Origin: a virus
Length of the DNA: 64,000 nt
Virus record (IMG/VR): IMGVR_UViG_3300022752_000022
Span: 32,001 to 96,000 of that record
Direction: 5' to 3' (one strand)
The position numbers were made by a program, and so were the translations under genes. The notes beneath the pieces are model-generated. The model was not told where the DNA came from. It worked only from the letters and a program-made list of their open reading frames with translations, and did no database searches. Shown one piece after another: positions 1-8,733 of this stretch (its first letter is position 1; the number at the start of each line of letters is the position of its first letter).

Positions 1-1
1 T

Positions 2-88
2 GAAGAAGTGATCAAAAATTTAAATCAAAGAAATTTTCAAATCCGTAACGCTATAGAATGGAAGAAATTTATTCAAGGTGTACAATAA
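2..88 (+). CDS. uvsY: UvsY recombination mediator, C-terminal fragment (truncated by window edge)
   Basis: Frame 2 reads EEVIKNLNQRNFQIRNAIEWKKFIQGVQ*, the typical UvsY C-terminus; lies directly upstream of uvsW. Confidence 0.8.
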   Translation, partial: EEVIKNLNQRNFQIRNAIEWKKFIQGVQ

Positions 89-1532
89 AATAATCATTAA
101 AAGACTAGACGAAGTTTACGTAAAGATCAACTGTGAACGATCTATGGCCGCGGAGTTGTCTGAATACTTTACCTTCTACGTTCCAGGATATAAATTTATG
201 CCTGCCTTCAGAAACAAGCTATGGGACGGCAAGATTCGCTTATTCAATACGCAGAATCATACACTATATGCTGGGCTGATTGATTATGTTAAAAAATTTG
301 CATCTGAAAGAGAGTATAAATGTGAAGTATCTGATAATTTAGAACTTGAAACTGAATTTTCTATAAAAGAAGCAACGGATTTTATTAATAAATTAAACAT
401 ACCATTTCAAGTTCGTGATTATCAATTGAATTCTTTTATAAGATGTGTTAGAAAAAATAGAGCATTACTTGTTTCACCTACTGCCTCTGGTAAATCATTA
501 ATCATTTATTTACTTACACGATACTATAACGCTAAAACACTCATTATTGTTCCGACAATATCTTTAGTTACACAATTATCAAAAGATATGGAAGACTATG
601 GTTATGATAGTGATAAATATATATATCAGATTATGGCTGGTGTAGATAAAAATCCAGATAAACAAATTGTAATTTCAACTTGGCAATCTATTTACAAACT
701 AAAAGATGACTGGTTTGATCAGTTTGATGTTGTTATTGGTGATGAAGCACATCAATTCAAAGCAAAATCTCTTACAACATTGTTATCTAAAATGAAAGAT
801 TGTAAATATCGATTTGGTCTAACCGGCACACTAGATGGAACACAAACACATAAATTGGTGTTAGAAGGTTTATTCGGTAAACAATTTTCTGTGACAACAA
901 CAAAAGAATTGATGGACACAGGAAGACTCGCATCATTTAAAATTAAAGCATTGTTACTCAAACATAGTGAAGAAAATTGTAAGACGGCCAAAAATTATAA
1001 GTATCAAGATGAAATAGAATATTTAGTCTCCAATTACGAAAGAAATAGATTCATCAGAAATCTTGTTATAAGTTTAAAAGGCAACACACTTGTTCTTTTT
1101 CAGCTTGTTGAAAAACATGGTAAAGTTTTATATGATTTGATTTCTCAGTCTGTGCGTGATAGGGAAGTTTTTTTTGTTCACGGTGGTATTGATGTTAACC
1201 AAAGAGAATATATTCGACAGTTAACTGAAAAGCAAAATAACGCAATAATTATTGCATCATATGGCACATTTTCAACAGGAATCAATATACGAAATTTGCA
1301 TAACATAGTATTTGCATCACCGAGTAAAAGTAAAATTAGAACACTTCAGTCTATTGGCCGTGGTTTAAGGCTTGGTGAAAATAAAGAATCCGCTGTCTTA
1401 TATGATATTGCGGATGACATATCATATAAAGCAAAAAAGAATTTCACATTGATGCATTTTACAGAACGAATGAAAATATATGGCGAAGAAAAGTTTGAAT
1501 ATAAAATCTATACCATAGAATTAAAGGAATAA
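78..1532 (+). CDS. uvsW: UvsW SF2 DNA helicase
   Basis: Walker A SPTASGKS, DEAH box, QSIGRGLR motif VI, WDGKIRLF N-terminal motif. Confidence 0.96.
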   Translation: MYNKIIIKRLDEVYVKINCERSMAAELSEYFTFYVPGYKFMPAFRNKLWDGKIRLFNTQNHTLYAGLIDYVKKFASEREYKCEVSDNLELETEFSIKEATDFINKLNIPFQVRDYQLNSFIRCVRKNRALLVSPTASGKSLIIYLLTRYYNAKTLIIVPTISLVTQLSKDMEDYGYDSDKYIYQIMAGVDKNPDKQIVISTWQSIYKLKDDWFDQFDVVIGDEAHQFKAKSLTTLLSKMKDCKYRFGLTGTLDGTQTHKLVLEGLFGKQFSVTTTKELMDTGRLASFKIKALLLKHSEENCKTAKNYKYQDEIEYLVSNYERNRFIRNLVISLKGNTLVLFQLVEKHGKVLYDLISQSVRDREVFFVHGGIDVNQREYIRQLTEKQNNAIIIASYGTFSTGINIRNLHNIVFASPSKSKIRTLQSIGRGLRLGENKESAVLYDIADDISYKAKKNFTLMHFTERMKIYGEEKFEYKIYTIELKE

Positions 1533-1536
1533 AAAA

Positions 1537-1914
1537 ATGATACCAGATAACATAAGACTATTGAAACTATCATCATCGGATGACATCTTAGGAGAAGTCA
1601 TAGAAGAAACAACTTCAACAGTTGTCATAAACTTTCCTTTGAAAATAGTGCCAATGCCTGCTAAAAACGATATTGGTATGAGCATGGGAATGATGAGATG
1701 GGATTTCTTCATGGACTATGATTCACCTATTCATTTCAACAAATTTACTATTATGGCAATGTCTCCTGTAACAGATGACGTAAAAGCATCTTACTGTCAA
1801 GCATTTCAAAAATATATGATGATGAAAAATATGAAAGAAAATGATCTTGGAGATAACTTAGATGAAGATATTCAAGCAAATGATTTAAATCTATCAAATA
1901 GAACTCTTCATTGA
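1537..1914 (+). CDS. Conserved T4-like phage hypothetical protein (possible Sm-like fold)
   Basis: LLKLSSSDDILGEV N-terminus; usual position between uvsW and gp55. Confidence 0.6.
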   Translation: MIPDNIRLLKLSSSDDILGEVIEETTSTVVINFPLKIVPMPAKNDIGMSMGMMRWDFFMDYDSPIHFNKFTIMAMSPVTDDVKASYCQAFQKYMMMKNMKENDLGDNLDEDIQANDLNLSNRTLH

Positions 1915-1973
1915 ACTCAACACAGCCATTATACAAATAAAAATATTTTTTGTCAATACACAAAGGAGTGAAA

Positions 1974-2549
1974 ATGGGAAAAACACATTATGTGAACAAT
2001 GAAAAATTTTTAGAGCAGATGAAAGAATTTCGTGCTAATGTTATAGATGCTAAATCAAATAACTTGGAAAGACCGAGGGTGCCGGAGTATATTGGTGAGT
2101 GCATATTCAAAATTGCGTCACACTTAGCACGAAAACCAAATTTTGCTAATTATACTTTTAAAGATGACATGATTTCTGATGGTGTTGAAAATTGCTTACT
2201 CTACATAGATAATTTTGATCCAGAAAAATCAAGTAATCCATTTGCGTACTTTACTCAAATTATTTACTTTGCTTTTTTGCGCCGAATACAAAAAGAAAAA
2301 AAGCAATTGTATGTGAAGTATAAATCAATGGAAAACGAAGTGATTAATTCTTTGATACAAAATAATGGTGAAGATTTAATTGCTGGGCATCTAAATGGAA
2401 TTCTTCATGATAGTTATAGCGAAGAATTCATTCGTGATTTTATAAACACATTTGAGGATAACAAACGCAGAAAGATTAGAAAACGCAAGAGCAAACTTGA
2501 AGAATTTATGGAGGACGATGATGCAGACGCCATTGCCAGTACAAGTTGA
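1974..2549 (+). CDS. gp55: Late-transcription sigma factor gp55
   Basis: HYVNNEKF, NFDPEKSSNPFAYFTQIIYFAFLRRIQKEKKQ motifs; ATG 1974 follows AAGGAG. Confidence 0.95.
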   Translation: MGKTHYVNNEKFLEQMKEFRANVIDAKSNNLERPRVPEYIGECIFKIASHLARKPNFANYTFKDDMISDGVENCLLYIDNFDPEKSSNPFAYFTQIIYFAFLRRIQKEKKQLYVKYKSMENEVINSLIQNNGEDLIAGHLNGILHDSYSEEFIRDFINTFEDNKRRKIRKRKSKLEEFMEDDDADAIASTS

Positions 2550-2700
2550 ACATTGGTTAAAAATTATAGATAACAAAAGATCGCCGAACGATTTAAAGGA
2601 ACAAGCGATGTTGCATTTAACACACATTCGTGATACAATAGACAAACATTTAACCAGTGCAAAGTTGAAAAAACGTTATGAAAATATGTCTACTCGGTGA
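2518..2700 (+). CDS. Hypothetical protein
   Basis: MMQTPLPVQVEHW... ORF after GGAGG, overlapping gp55 and gp47. Confidence 0.55.
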   Translation: MMQTPLPVQVEHWLKIIDNKRSPNDLKEQAMLHLTHIRDTIDKHLTSAKLKKRYENMSTR

Positions 2701-3769
2701 TACACATTTTGGTGTTAGAAATGATAGCAAAGTATTTCATTCTTATTATGAAAAATATTATACCGATTTCTTTTTTCCTAAGCTGAAAGAACTCGGTGTA
2801 AACACCATTGTTCAATTAGGAGATTTATTTGATCGTAGAAAATATATCAATTTTCAAACGTTAGCGGAGTCACGTAGGTATTTCTTTGAACCACTTAAAG
2901 AATATGGTATGACGATGTATACGCTCTTAGGTAACCACGATATATTTTGGAAAGAAAGTGTGTCAGTAAATTCACCGGAATTGTTGCTTGCCGACTACTC
3001 TAATGTTCATGTGATTAAAGATCCAACTTCACTAAAGCATTTGAATGTGGATCTTATACCATGGATATGTAAAGAAAACGAACAGCAAATTATGGACTAC
3101 ATACAGAAAAGTAATTTACCAATTTGCTGTGGCCATTTTGAATTAGCTAACTATGCGATGATCAAAAATGTTCAGCCACATCACGAAGGGCTTGACGACG
3201 GCTTTCTTTCCAAGTATCATAGTGTCTTTAGTGGTCACTTTCATACATTCTCACAGAAAAACAATGTGACGTATCTCGGTACACCATATGAACTTTACTG
3301 GAATGATTATCGTGATCAAAAGTATATTGGTATTTTAGATACGAATACACTGCAAATAGAATACATTGAGAATCCTTATCGTATGTTCTACAAGATCAAC
3401 TACGACGATGCAAAAGAATATGGTGAACATGGATTTTTAGGTAATCTTCAGTACACAATGAGAGCAAACAATCTTTATAAAAATACATACGTTAAAGTCA
3501 TTGTAGTGAATAAAACAAACCAAATGTTATTTGACGATGTGATTTCAGCAGTTATGAAAACAGAACCAGCAGATGTTCAAATCGTAGAAGATTTCACTTC
3601 ACAAGTAGAATCAAACGATGATATAATTAATCAAGCGGAAGATACGATGACAATTCTTTCCAAATACATTGACGGCCAAGAATTGAGTGTATCATCAACC
3701 AAATTAAAAAATGTAATGCACAATCTTTATGTTGAAGCATTGTCCCTTGAAACTGAATCTAATGCATGA
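2678..3769 (+). CDS. gp47: Recombination endonuclease subunit gp47 (Mre11/SbcD-like)
   Basis: DTHFG, GDLFD, GNHD, GHFH metallophosphoesterase motifs; adjacent to gp46. Confidence 0.95.
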   Translation: MKICLLGDTHFGVRNDSKVFHSYYEKYYTDFFFPKLKELGVNTIVQLGDLFDRRKYINFQTLAESRRYFFEPLKEYGMTMYTLLGNHDIFWKESVSVNSPELLLADYSNVHVIKDPTSLKHLNVDLIPWICKENEQQIMDYIQKSNLPICCGHFELANYAMIKNVQPHHEGLDDGFLSKYHSVFSGHFHTFSQKNNVTYLGTPYELYWNDYRDQKYIGILDTNTLQIEYIENPYRMFYKINYDDAKEYGEHGFLGNLQYTMRANNLYKNTYVKVIVVNKTNQMLFDDVISAVMKTEPADVQIVEDFTSQVESNDDIINQAEDTMTILSKYIDGQELSVSSTKLKNVMHNLYVEALSLETESNA

Positions 3770-5478
3770 TAAATTTCAAAAAACTTAGATGGAAAAACTT
3801 CATATCAACTGGTAATTATTTCACTGAGTTGAATCTATGCGGTAATTCTACGACACTCATCATAGGCGCAAATGGATCAGGCAAATCTACTATGCTTGAT
3901 GCTTTGTGCTTTGGTTTATTTGGTAAGCCGTTTCGTAACATCAACAAACCTCAATTGCTAAACAGCATCAATCAAAAAGATTGTGTTGTAGAAATTGAGT
4001 TCACGCTAGGATCTAAAGATTATAAAGTCATTCGCGGGTTGAAGCCGGGGATCTTTGAAGTCTATTGCAATGACGAACTAGTTACACAAAATGCGTCTGC
4101 AAAAGATTATCAAGACCATCTAGAGAAAAATATTCTCAAACTTAATCATAAGTCTTTCACGCAGATTGTTGTTTTGGGTAGTGCATCATTTACACCATTC
4201 ATGCAGCTATCAGCAGCAGATAGAAGACAAATCATTGAAGACTTACTGGACATTCAAATCTTTTCAAAGATGAACGTTGTTCTAAAAAACAAACAACAAA
4301 CTTTGAAAGATGAATTGATTCAACTCAAGAGCGACATTGCAATCCATACAGAGCGTATGCAAAGCATTGTTGCATTGATACAAACATTAGAACGTAATAA
4401 TGCTGATAAGATTAAAACGATTGAAAGTCACATAGCAAACACTACAAATGAAATCTTTGAGTGTAAAATTAATCATCAAAATCTTTCTGATGAAAATGTA
4501 ATGTTGGCCGAACAGATTGTTGACTTATCATCGTCACAAAAGAAATTGTCAAAGCAAGAAACAATCAAAGTCAATCTATCAAAGACAAGTGATAAAATTT
4601 GTAACGATATTGCATTCTATCATGACACTGAAACATGCCCAACATGTAAACAGACAATCACGGAGTCTTTCAAACAAAAAGTTATATCAGATAAAAAATC
4701 TAAGCATGAAGAAGTGAACACTGCAATTAAAACACTTGAAGAAGAATCAGTAGCATTGAAACACAAAATTCATTTGTATGAAGGCATAGCAAATGCAATT
4801 GCAAATAATAATGTTGCCATCTCTAAATGGCAAATAAAAGCATTTGCAGCGAAGAGCGTACTAGATTCTTTGAATCGTGATTTAGACTCTGCAAAAAATT
4901 CTAAAGCAGATTTGAATGAACAGAAAGAAAAATTGAATATAGTCAAAAATGAATTGATTGATTTTGACGAAAAACAAAAACAATTCAACGAACAAAAAGC
5001 GTACTACGATGCTGCAACTTCATTGCTCAAAGATGGTGGTATCAAAACACGCATCGTTAAACAGTATATACCAATCATTAATAAATTAGTTAACAAGAAT
5101 CTTCAAGCAATGGACTTTTTTGTTAACTTCACACTTGATGAATCTTTTAAAGAAACCATCAAGTCTCGCCATCGTGATGATTTTAGTTATGCATCATTTA
5201 GTGAAGGCGAAAAACAACGTATAGATATGGCATTGATGTTGACATGGAGAGCAGTTGCGAAGTTGAAGAATTCTGCAAATACCAATCTGCTGATTCTTGA
5301 TGAAATATTTGATTCATCATTAGATGCAAACGGCACTGAAGACTTGATGAAAATTCTCGCAATGCTTGATGACAGTAATTTATTTGTGATCAGTCATAAA
5401 GGTGATGCTCTTCAAGATAGATTTGATAACGTAATTAAATTTGAAAAGGTAAATAATTTTTCAAGGATTGCAAAATGA
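3766..5478 (+). CDS. gp46: Recombination ATPase gp46 (Rad50/SbcC-like)
   Basis: GANGSGKS, CPTC zinc hook, FSEGEKQR signature, ILDE Walker B, coiled coils. Confidence 0.96.
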   Translation: MINFKKLRWKNFISTGNYFTELNLCGNSTTLIIGANGSGKSTMLDALCFGLFGKPFRNINKPQLLNSINQKDCVVEIEFTLGSKDYKVIRGLKPGIFEVYCNDELVTQNASAKDYQDHLEKNILKLNHKSFTQIVVLGSASFTPFMQLSAADRRQIIEDLLDIQIFSKMNVVLKNKQQTLKDELIQLKSDIAIHTERMQSIVALIQTLERNNADKIKTIESHIANTTNEIFECKINHQNLSDENVMLAEQIVDLSSSQKKLSKQETIKVNLSKTSDKICNDIAFYHDTETCPTCKQTITESFKQKVISDKKSKHEEVNTAIKTLEEESVALKHKIHLYEGIANAIANNNVAISKWQIKAFAAKSVLDSLNRDLDSAKNSKADLNEQKEKLNIVKNELIDFDEKQKQFNEQKAYYDAATSLLKDGGIKTRIVKQYIPIINKLVNKNLQAMDFFVNFTLDESFKETIKSRHRDDFSYASFSEGEKQRIDMALMLTWRAVAKLKNSANTNLLILDEIFDSSLDANGTEDLMKILAMLDDSNLFVISHKGDALQDRFDNVIKFEKVNNFSRIAK

Positions 5479-5993
5479 AATACACTTTGATAAAAGAAAC
5501 TGCACCGATATTGAGAGTGCCGTGTGTTGAATTTGATTTTTCTGATCCGCCATGTGATCCGATTGAACTTGCAAATGATCTAAATGAAACAATGATTGCT
5601 AACGATGGTTTAGGTCTTTCTGCTAATCAAGTGGGATTAGAATATCGTGTTTTTGTTGTTCGAACGGAAGAAAACAAACCCCTCGCTTTGTTCAATCCAG
5701 AAATAGTTTCTGTATCTGATAAATTAATTTCTTTAAAAGAGGGCTGTCTTAGTTTTCCGTTATTATATTTAAATGTCAAACGCCCTGAGTGGGTTAGAGT
5801 TCGATATAAAGATCAGTATAGTGAAATTCATACTAAAAGATATATGGGTGTAACATGCCGAGTTGTTCTTCATGAATATGATCATATGGAAGGAAAAGTA
5901 TTTACTCACGCAGCATCAAAATTTGAGTCACAAAGGGCCCTAAGAAAAAGAATGATCTTGAGAAGACGAGTCAACGGACAAAAAGATGATTAA
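5475..5993 (+). CDS. def: Peptide deformylase
   Basis: GLGLSANQ, EGCLS, HEYDH motifs. Confidence 0.95.
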   Translation: MKYTLIKETAPILRVPCVEFDFSDPPCDPIELANDLNETMIANDGLGLSANQVGLEYRVFVVRTEENKPLALFNPEIVSVSDKLISLKEGCLSFPLLYLNVKRPEWVRVRYKDQYSEIHTKRYMGVTCRVVLHEYDHMEGKVFTHAASKFESQRALRKRMILRRRVNGQKDD

Positions 5994-6426
5994 AGAAAAA
6001 TACTTAGGCACTTACATGAAAACTGCTAGACTCTTTGCAGAGCATAGCAGTGCAGTCAGAAAAAAAGTTGGCGCAGTTGTTGTAAAAGATAATCGGATCA
6101 TTTCAATTGGCTATAATGGTATGCCAAGTGGATGGACAAATGAGTGCGAGCATTGGACCGAAACAGCAGAACTTCAAAGTGAATATGTAACAAAACCAGA
6201 AGTTCTCCATGCTGAAACCAATGCAATTGCTAAGTTAGCGAGATCCACCGAATCTGGTGATGGTGCAAGTATGTTTGTGACTTGCAGTCCATGCTTAGAG
6301 TGTGCTAAACTTATATTTCAAAGTGGAATTACAGAAGTGTTCTATAGTGAAGACTATAGGACAAATGATGGTATTAAATTTTTGAAACAATGTGGTATCT
6401 TAGTAAGAAAGTTGGAGAATGAGTAG
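5986..6426 (+). CDS. cd: dCMP deaminase
   Basis: GYNG, HAETNA, SPCLEC zinc-deaminase motifs. Confidence 0.93.
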   Translation: MIKEKYLGTYMKTARLFAEHSSAVRKKVGAVVVKDNRIISIGYNGMPSGWTNECEHWTETAELQSEYVTKPEVLHAETNAIAKLARSTESGDGASMFVTCSPCLECAKLIFQSGITEVFYSEDYRTNDGIKFLKQCGILVRKLENE

Positions 6427-6646
6427 AAGACGATCTATAAATGAGGGTGCGTCATATAACGATGCTTCTAGAGAAATTAACAGATTTGTATATAAGAAAA
6501 AAGTTGAAACATATAAAGTATGTGATGCATGGAGAAAAGCACTTGCAGAAGATCCAAATTTGCAATATAGAATGACATTCTTAGAATTCAAAAGAAAATT
6601 TTTTAGAAAAAATCGTGGAGTAAAAAATGGTAAAGAAAAAAGCTGA
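6419..6646 (+). CDS. Hypothetical protein
   Basis: 75-aa ORF tightly coupled to both neighbours. Confidence 0.55.
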   Translation: MSRRRSINEGASYNDASREINRFVYKKKVETYKVCDAWRKALAEDPNLQYRMTFLEFKRKFFRKNRGVKNGKEKS

Positions 6647-6998
6647 AGTGAAATCAGTAGAAGAATCTACTCAGTATGAGAGTTTACTCGGTGTGAAAGA
6701 GAGTGCGACAACAAGTCTTGATCTAACTGAAATGATGGACTTGACTGAAGAAGAAAAGAAACTGGTTGAAATTGACGAAGAAGCAGAGTGGAAGAAACAT
6801 TGGCAAGGTATGCCAGAATTCAAACAAGAAGACAATCCTACATACAAAACAATCTACGTTCATTTTAGAAACAAAGAAGACTACGAAGATTTTGCGAAAC
6901 TGATTGACCAAAATCTCAGTGACAAAACTAAATCAATCTGGCATCCTAAACTTGATAGAACAGAGAATGCATTATTGCGATGGATCGTTGAAGAATGA
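6627..6998 (+). CDS. Hypothetical protein of the type found beside TAGT glycosyltransferases
   Basis: WQGMPEF...IYVHF...FAKLIDQ..TKSIWHP motif; family recalled, not searched. Confidence 0.6.
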   Translation: MVKKKAEVKSVEESTQYESLLGVKESATTSLDLTEMMDLTEEEKKLVEIDEEAEWKKHWQGMPEFKQEDNPTYKTIYVHFRNKEDYEDFAKLIDQNLSDKTKSIWHPKLDRTENALLRWIVEE

Positions 6999-7756
6999 AT
7001 TTCATAACAGCAAAGAAACAAGACCTCTTTAATCATTTCATTACAGATTATAAAACATTATTTGATGTTGATGAAAATCTTGCGAAGACATTTCTAAAAA
7101 ATGGTGAACTATTCAAGCGATTGACTGAAGAATGGTATCATCAATTAGAAAATGGTACACTTCAAGATGCATATCGTGTCTATGATGATGAATATTATTT
7201 TGTTGACATCTTCAATTGTTATGCAACTTATAGCAGAGATTATATCAAACGGATTATAAAATCTCCGACAGCACTTGCTTTACTCAAGGATTCCAAATCG
7301 TTCGTTGACATTGGATGCGGAATCAGTTATAGTACATGTGCATTGAAGCAAGTATTTCCAAACGCAAAAGCATATGCTATCAATTTGAGAAATACAAAGC
7401 AATGGAAATTCTGTGATATGATGAGCAAGACTCATCATTTCCATTTGATTGAATCAGTTGATGAAGTTGCAGGTGAAGTTGATTTTGTTTTTGCTTCCGA
7501 ATACTTTGAACACATTGAGAATCCAACTAGACATTTTCAAGAGATTGTAGATAAGATTCAGCCTAAATATTTTATCATTGCAAATGCATTCAACACATGG
7601 TCGATTGGCCATTATAAAACTTATGTGTATGATCATACGACGGTTGATCAAAGTAAGATTAGTAAATTATTCAATAGATACATAAGATTGAATGGTTATG
7701 AAAAAGTGAATTGTAACTTATGGAATAATAAGCCTACGATATGGAAGAAAGTATGA
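6995..7756 (+). CDS. Class I SAM-dependent methyltransferase
   Basis: FVDIGCGIS motif I; DFVFASEYFEHI post-II motif. Confidence 0.85.
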   Translation: MNFITAKKQDLFNHFITDYKTLFDVDENLAKTFLKNGELFKRLTEEWYHQLENGTLQDAYRVYDDEYYFVDIFNCYATYSRDYIKRIIKSPTALALLKDSKSFVDIGCGISYSTCALKQVFPNAKAYAINLRNTKQWKFCDMMSKTHHFHLIESVDEVAGEVDFVFASEYFEHIENPTRHFQEIVDKIQPKYFIIANAFNTWSIGHYKTYVYDHTTVDQSKISKLFNRYIRLNGYEKVNCNLWNNKPTIWKKV

Positions 7757-8670
7757 CGATTAATCCTGATCATCCTGTATACATCGTATCTAAAGGTAGA
7801 TCGGATACGATGATTACATCAAAGTCACTTTCACGCATGAAAGTGCCGCATTACATTGTGATTGAACCACAAGATCATAAGAGTTATGATACAGCATTAG
7901 ATACATTTAACATCCGTGATTATGTAACACTCTTAGTTGCACCATTTTCAAATCATGGTGATGGTCCCGGTCGTGCAAGAAACTATGCATGGGATCATGC
8001 GATTTCAATTGGTGCTGAAAAGCACTGGGTGCTTGATGATAATATTGCAGACTTTTATCGTCTGAATGAGAACAAAAGAATCCGAGTTGAATCTGGTGTT
8101 ATATTTTATGCAGCGGAACAGTTCATTGATCGCTTTGAGAATGTTCCGATTTCTGGATTTCAATATCGCTTTTTCATTGCACCCAATCAAAAGTATCCAC
8201 CGTATGTGAAGAATACCCGAATCTATTCTACATTGCTTATTTCAAATGATTGTAAACATCGGTGGCGTGGTCGGTACAATGAAGATACAGATATTTGTTT
8301 GCGTGTCCTGAAAGATGGTGATTGCACTATTCAATTCAACGCTTTTCTTCAAGGTAAAGCAGCAACACAAACAGTCAAGGGCGGTAACACCGCAGAATTT
8401 TATCATGCTGAAGGTGATCTAGATAAAAGCAAATGGCGAGATGGTAGACTGAATGCTCAGGGCACCATCAAGAAATCCCAAATGCTTGCTGACTTGCATC
8501 CTGATGTTGCGAGAGTTGTCTGGAGATATGGCCGCTGGCATCATTATGTTGACTATGGTCCATTCAAGAAAAACCAGCTGATTCTCAAGAACGGTGTGCA
8601 GATTGAAAAGGGTGTAAACAATTTCGGAATGAGACTGATTACGAATTATAAATCGCCTGATGTTGTGTAA
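7753..8670 (+). CDS. TET-associated (TAGT/GREB1-like) glycosyltransferase
   Basis: PVYIVSKGR, ARNYAWDH, WVLDDNI, RYNEDTD, KGGNT motifs. Confidence 0.8.
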   Translation: MTINPDHPVYIVSKGRSDTMITSKSLSRMKVPHYIVIEPQDHKSYDTALDTFNIRDYVTLLVAPFSNHGDGPGRARNYAWDHAISIGAEKHWVLDDNIADFYRLNENKRIRVESGVIFYAAEQFIDRFENVPISGFQYRFFIAPNQKYPPYVKNTRIYSTLLISNDCKHRWRGRYNEDTDICLRVLKDGDCTIQFNAFLQGKAATQTVKGGNTAEFYHAEGDLDKSKWRDGRLNAQGTIKKSQMLADLHPDVARVVWRYGRWHHYVDYGPFKKNQLILKNGVQIEKGVNNFGMRLITNYKSPDVV

Positions 8671-8710
8671 AAACAACAGTCTTGACTTTCTTGTCCAACC
8701 CATGTAAACT
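8661..8710 (+). promoter_or_regulatory. Sigma70-type promoter with upstream palindromic box
   Basis: TGTTGTGTAAAAACAACA (8661-8678), then TTGACT-17-TAAACT. Confidence 0.75.
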
Positions 8711-8733
8711 ACATAGGTAACTGAGAGGGAACA

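Noticed and set aside
7741-7756. Identical 16-mer ATGGAAGAAAGTATGA at two gene junctions (also 43092-43107)
   Set aside because: A few 16-mer matches are plausible by chance in 64 kb of AT-rich DNA, and ATGA coupling constrains the sequence
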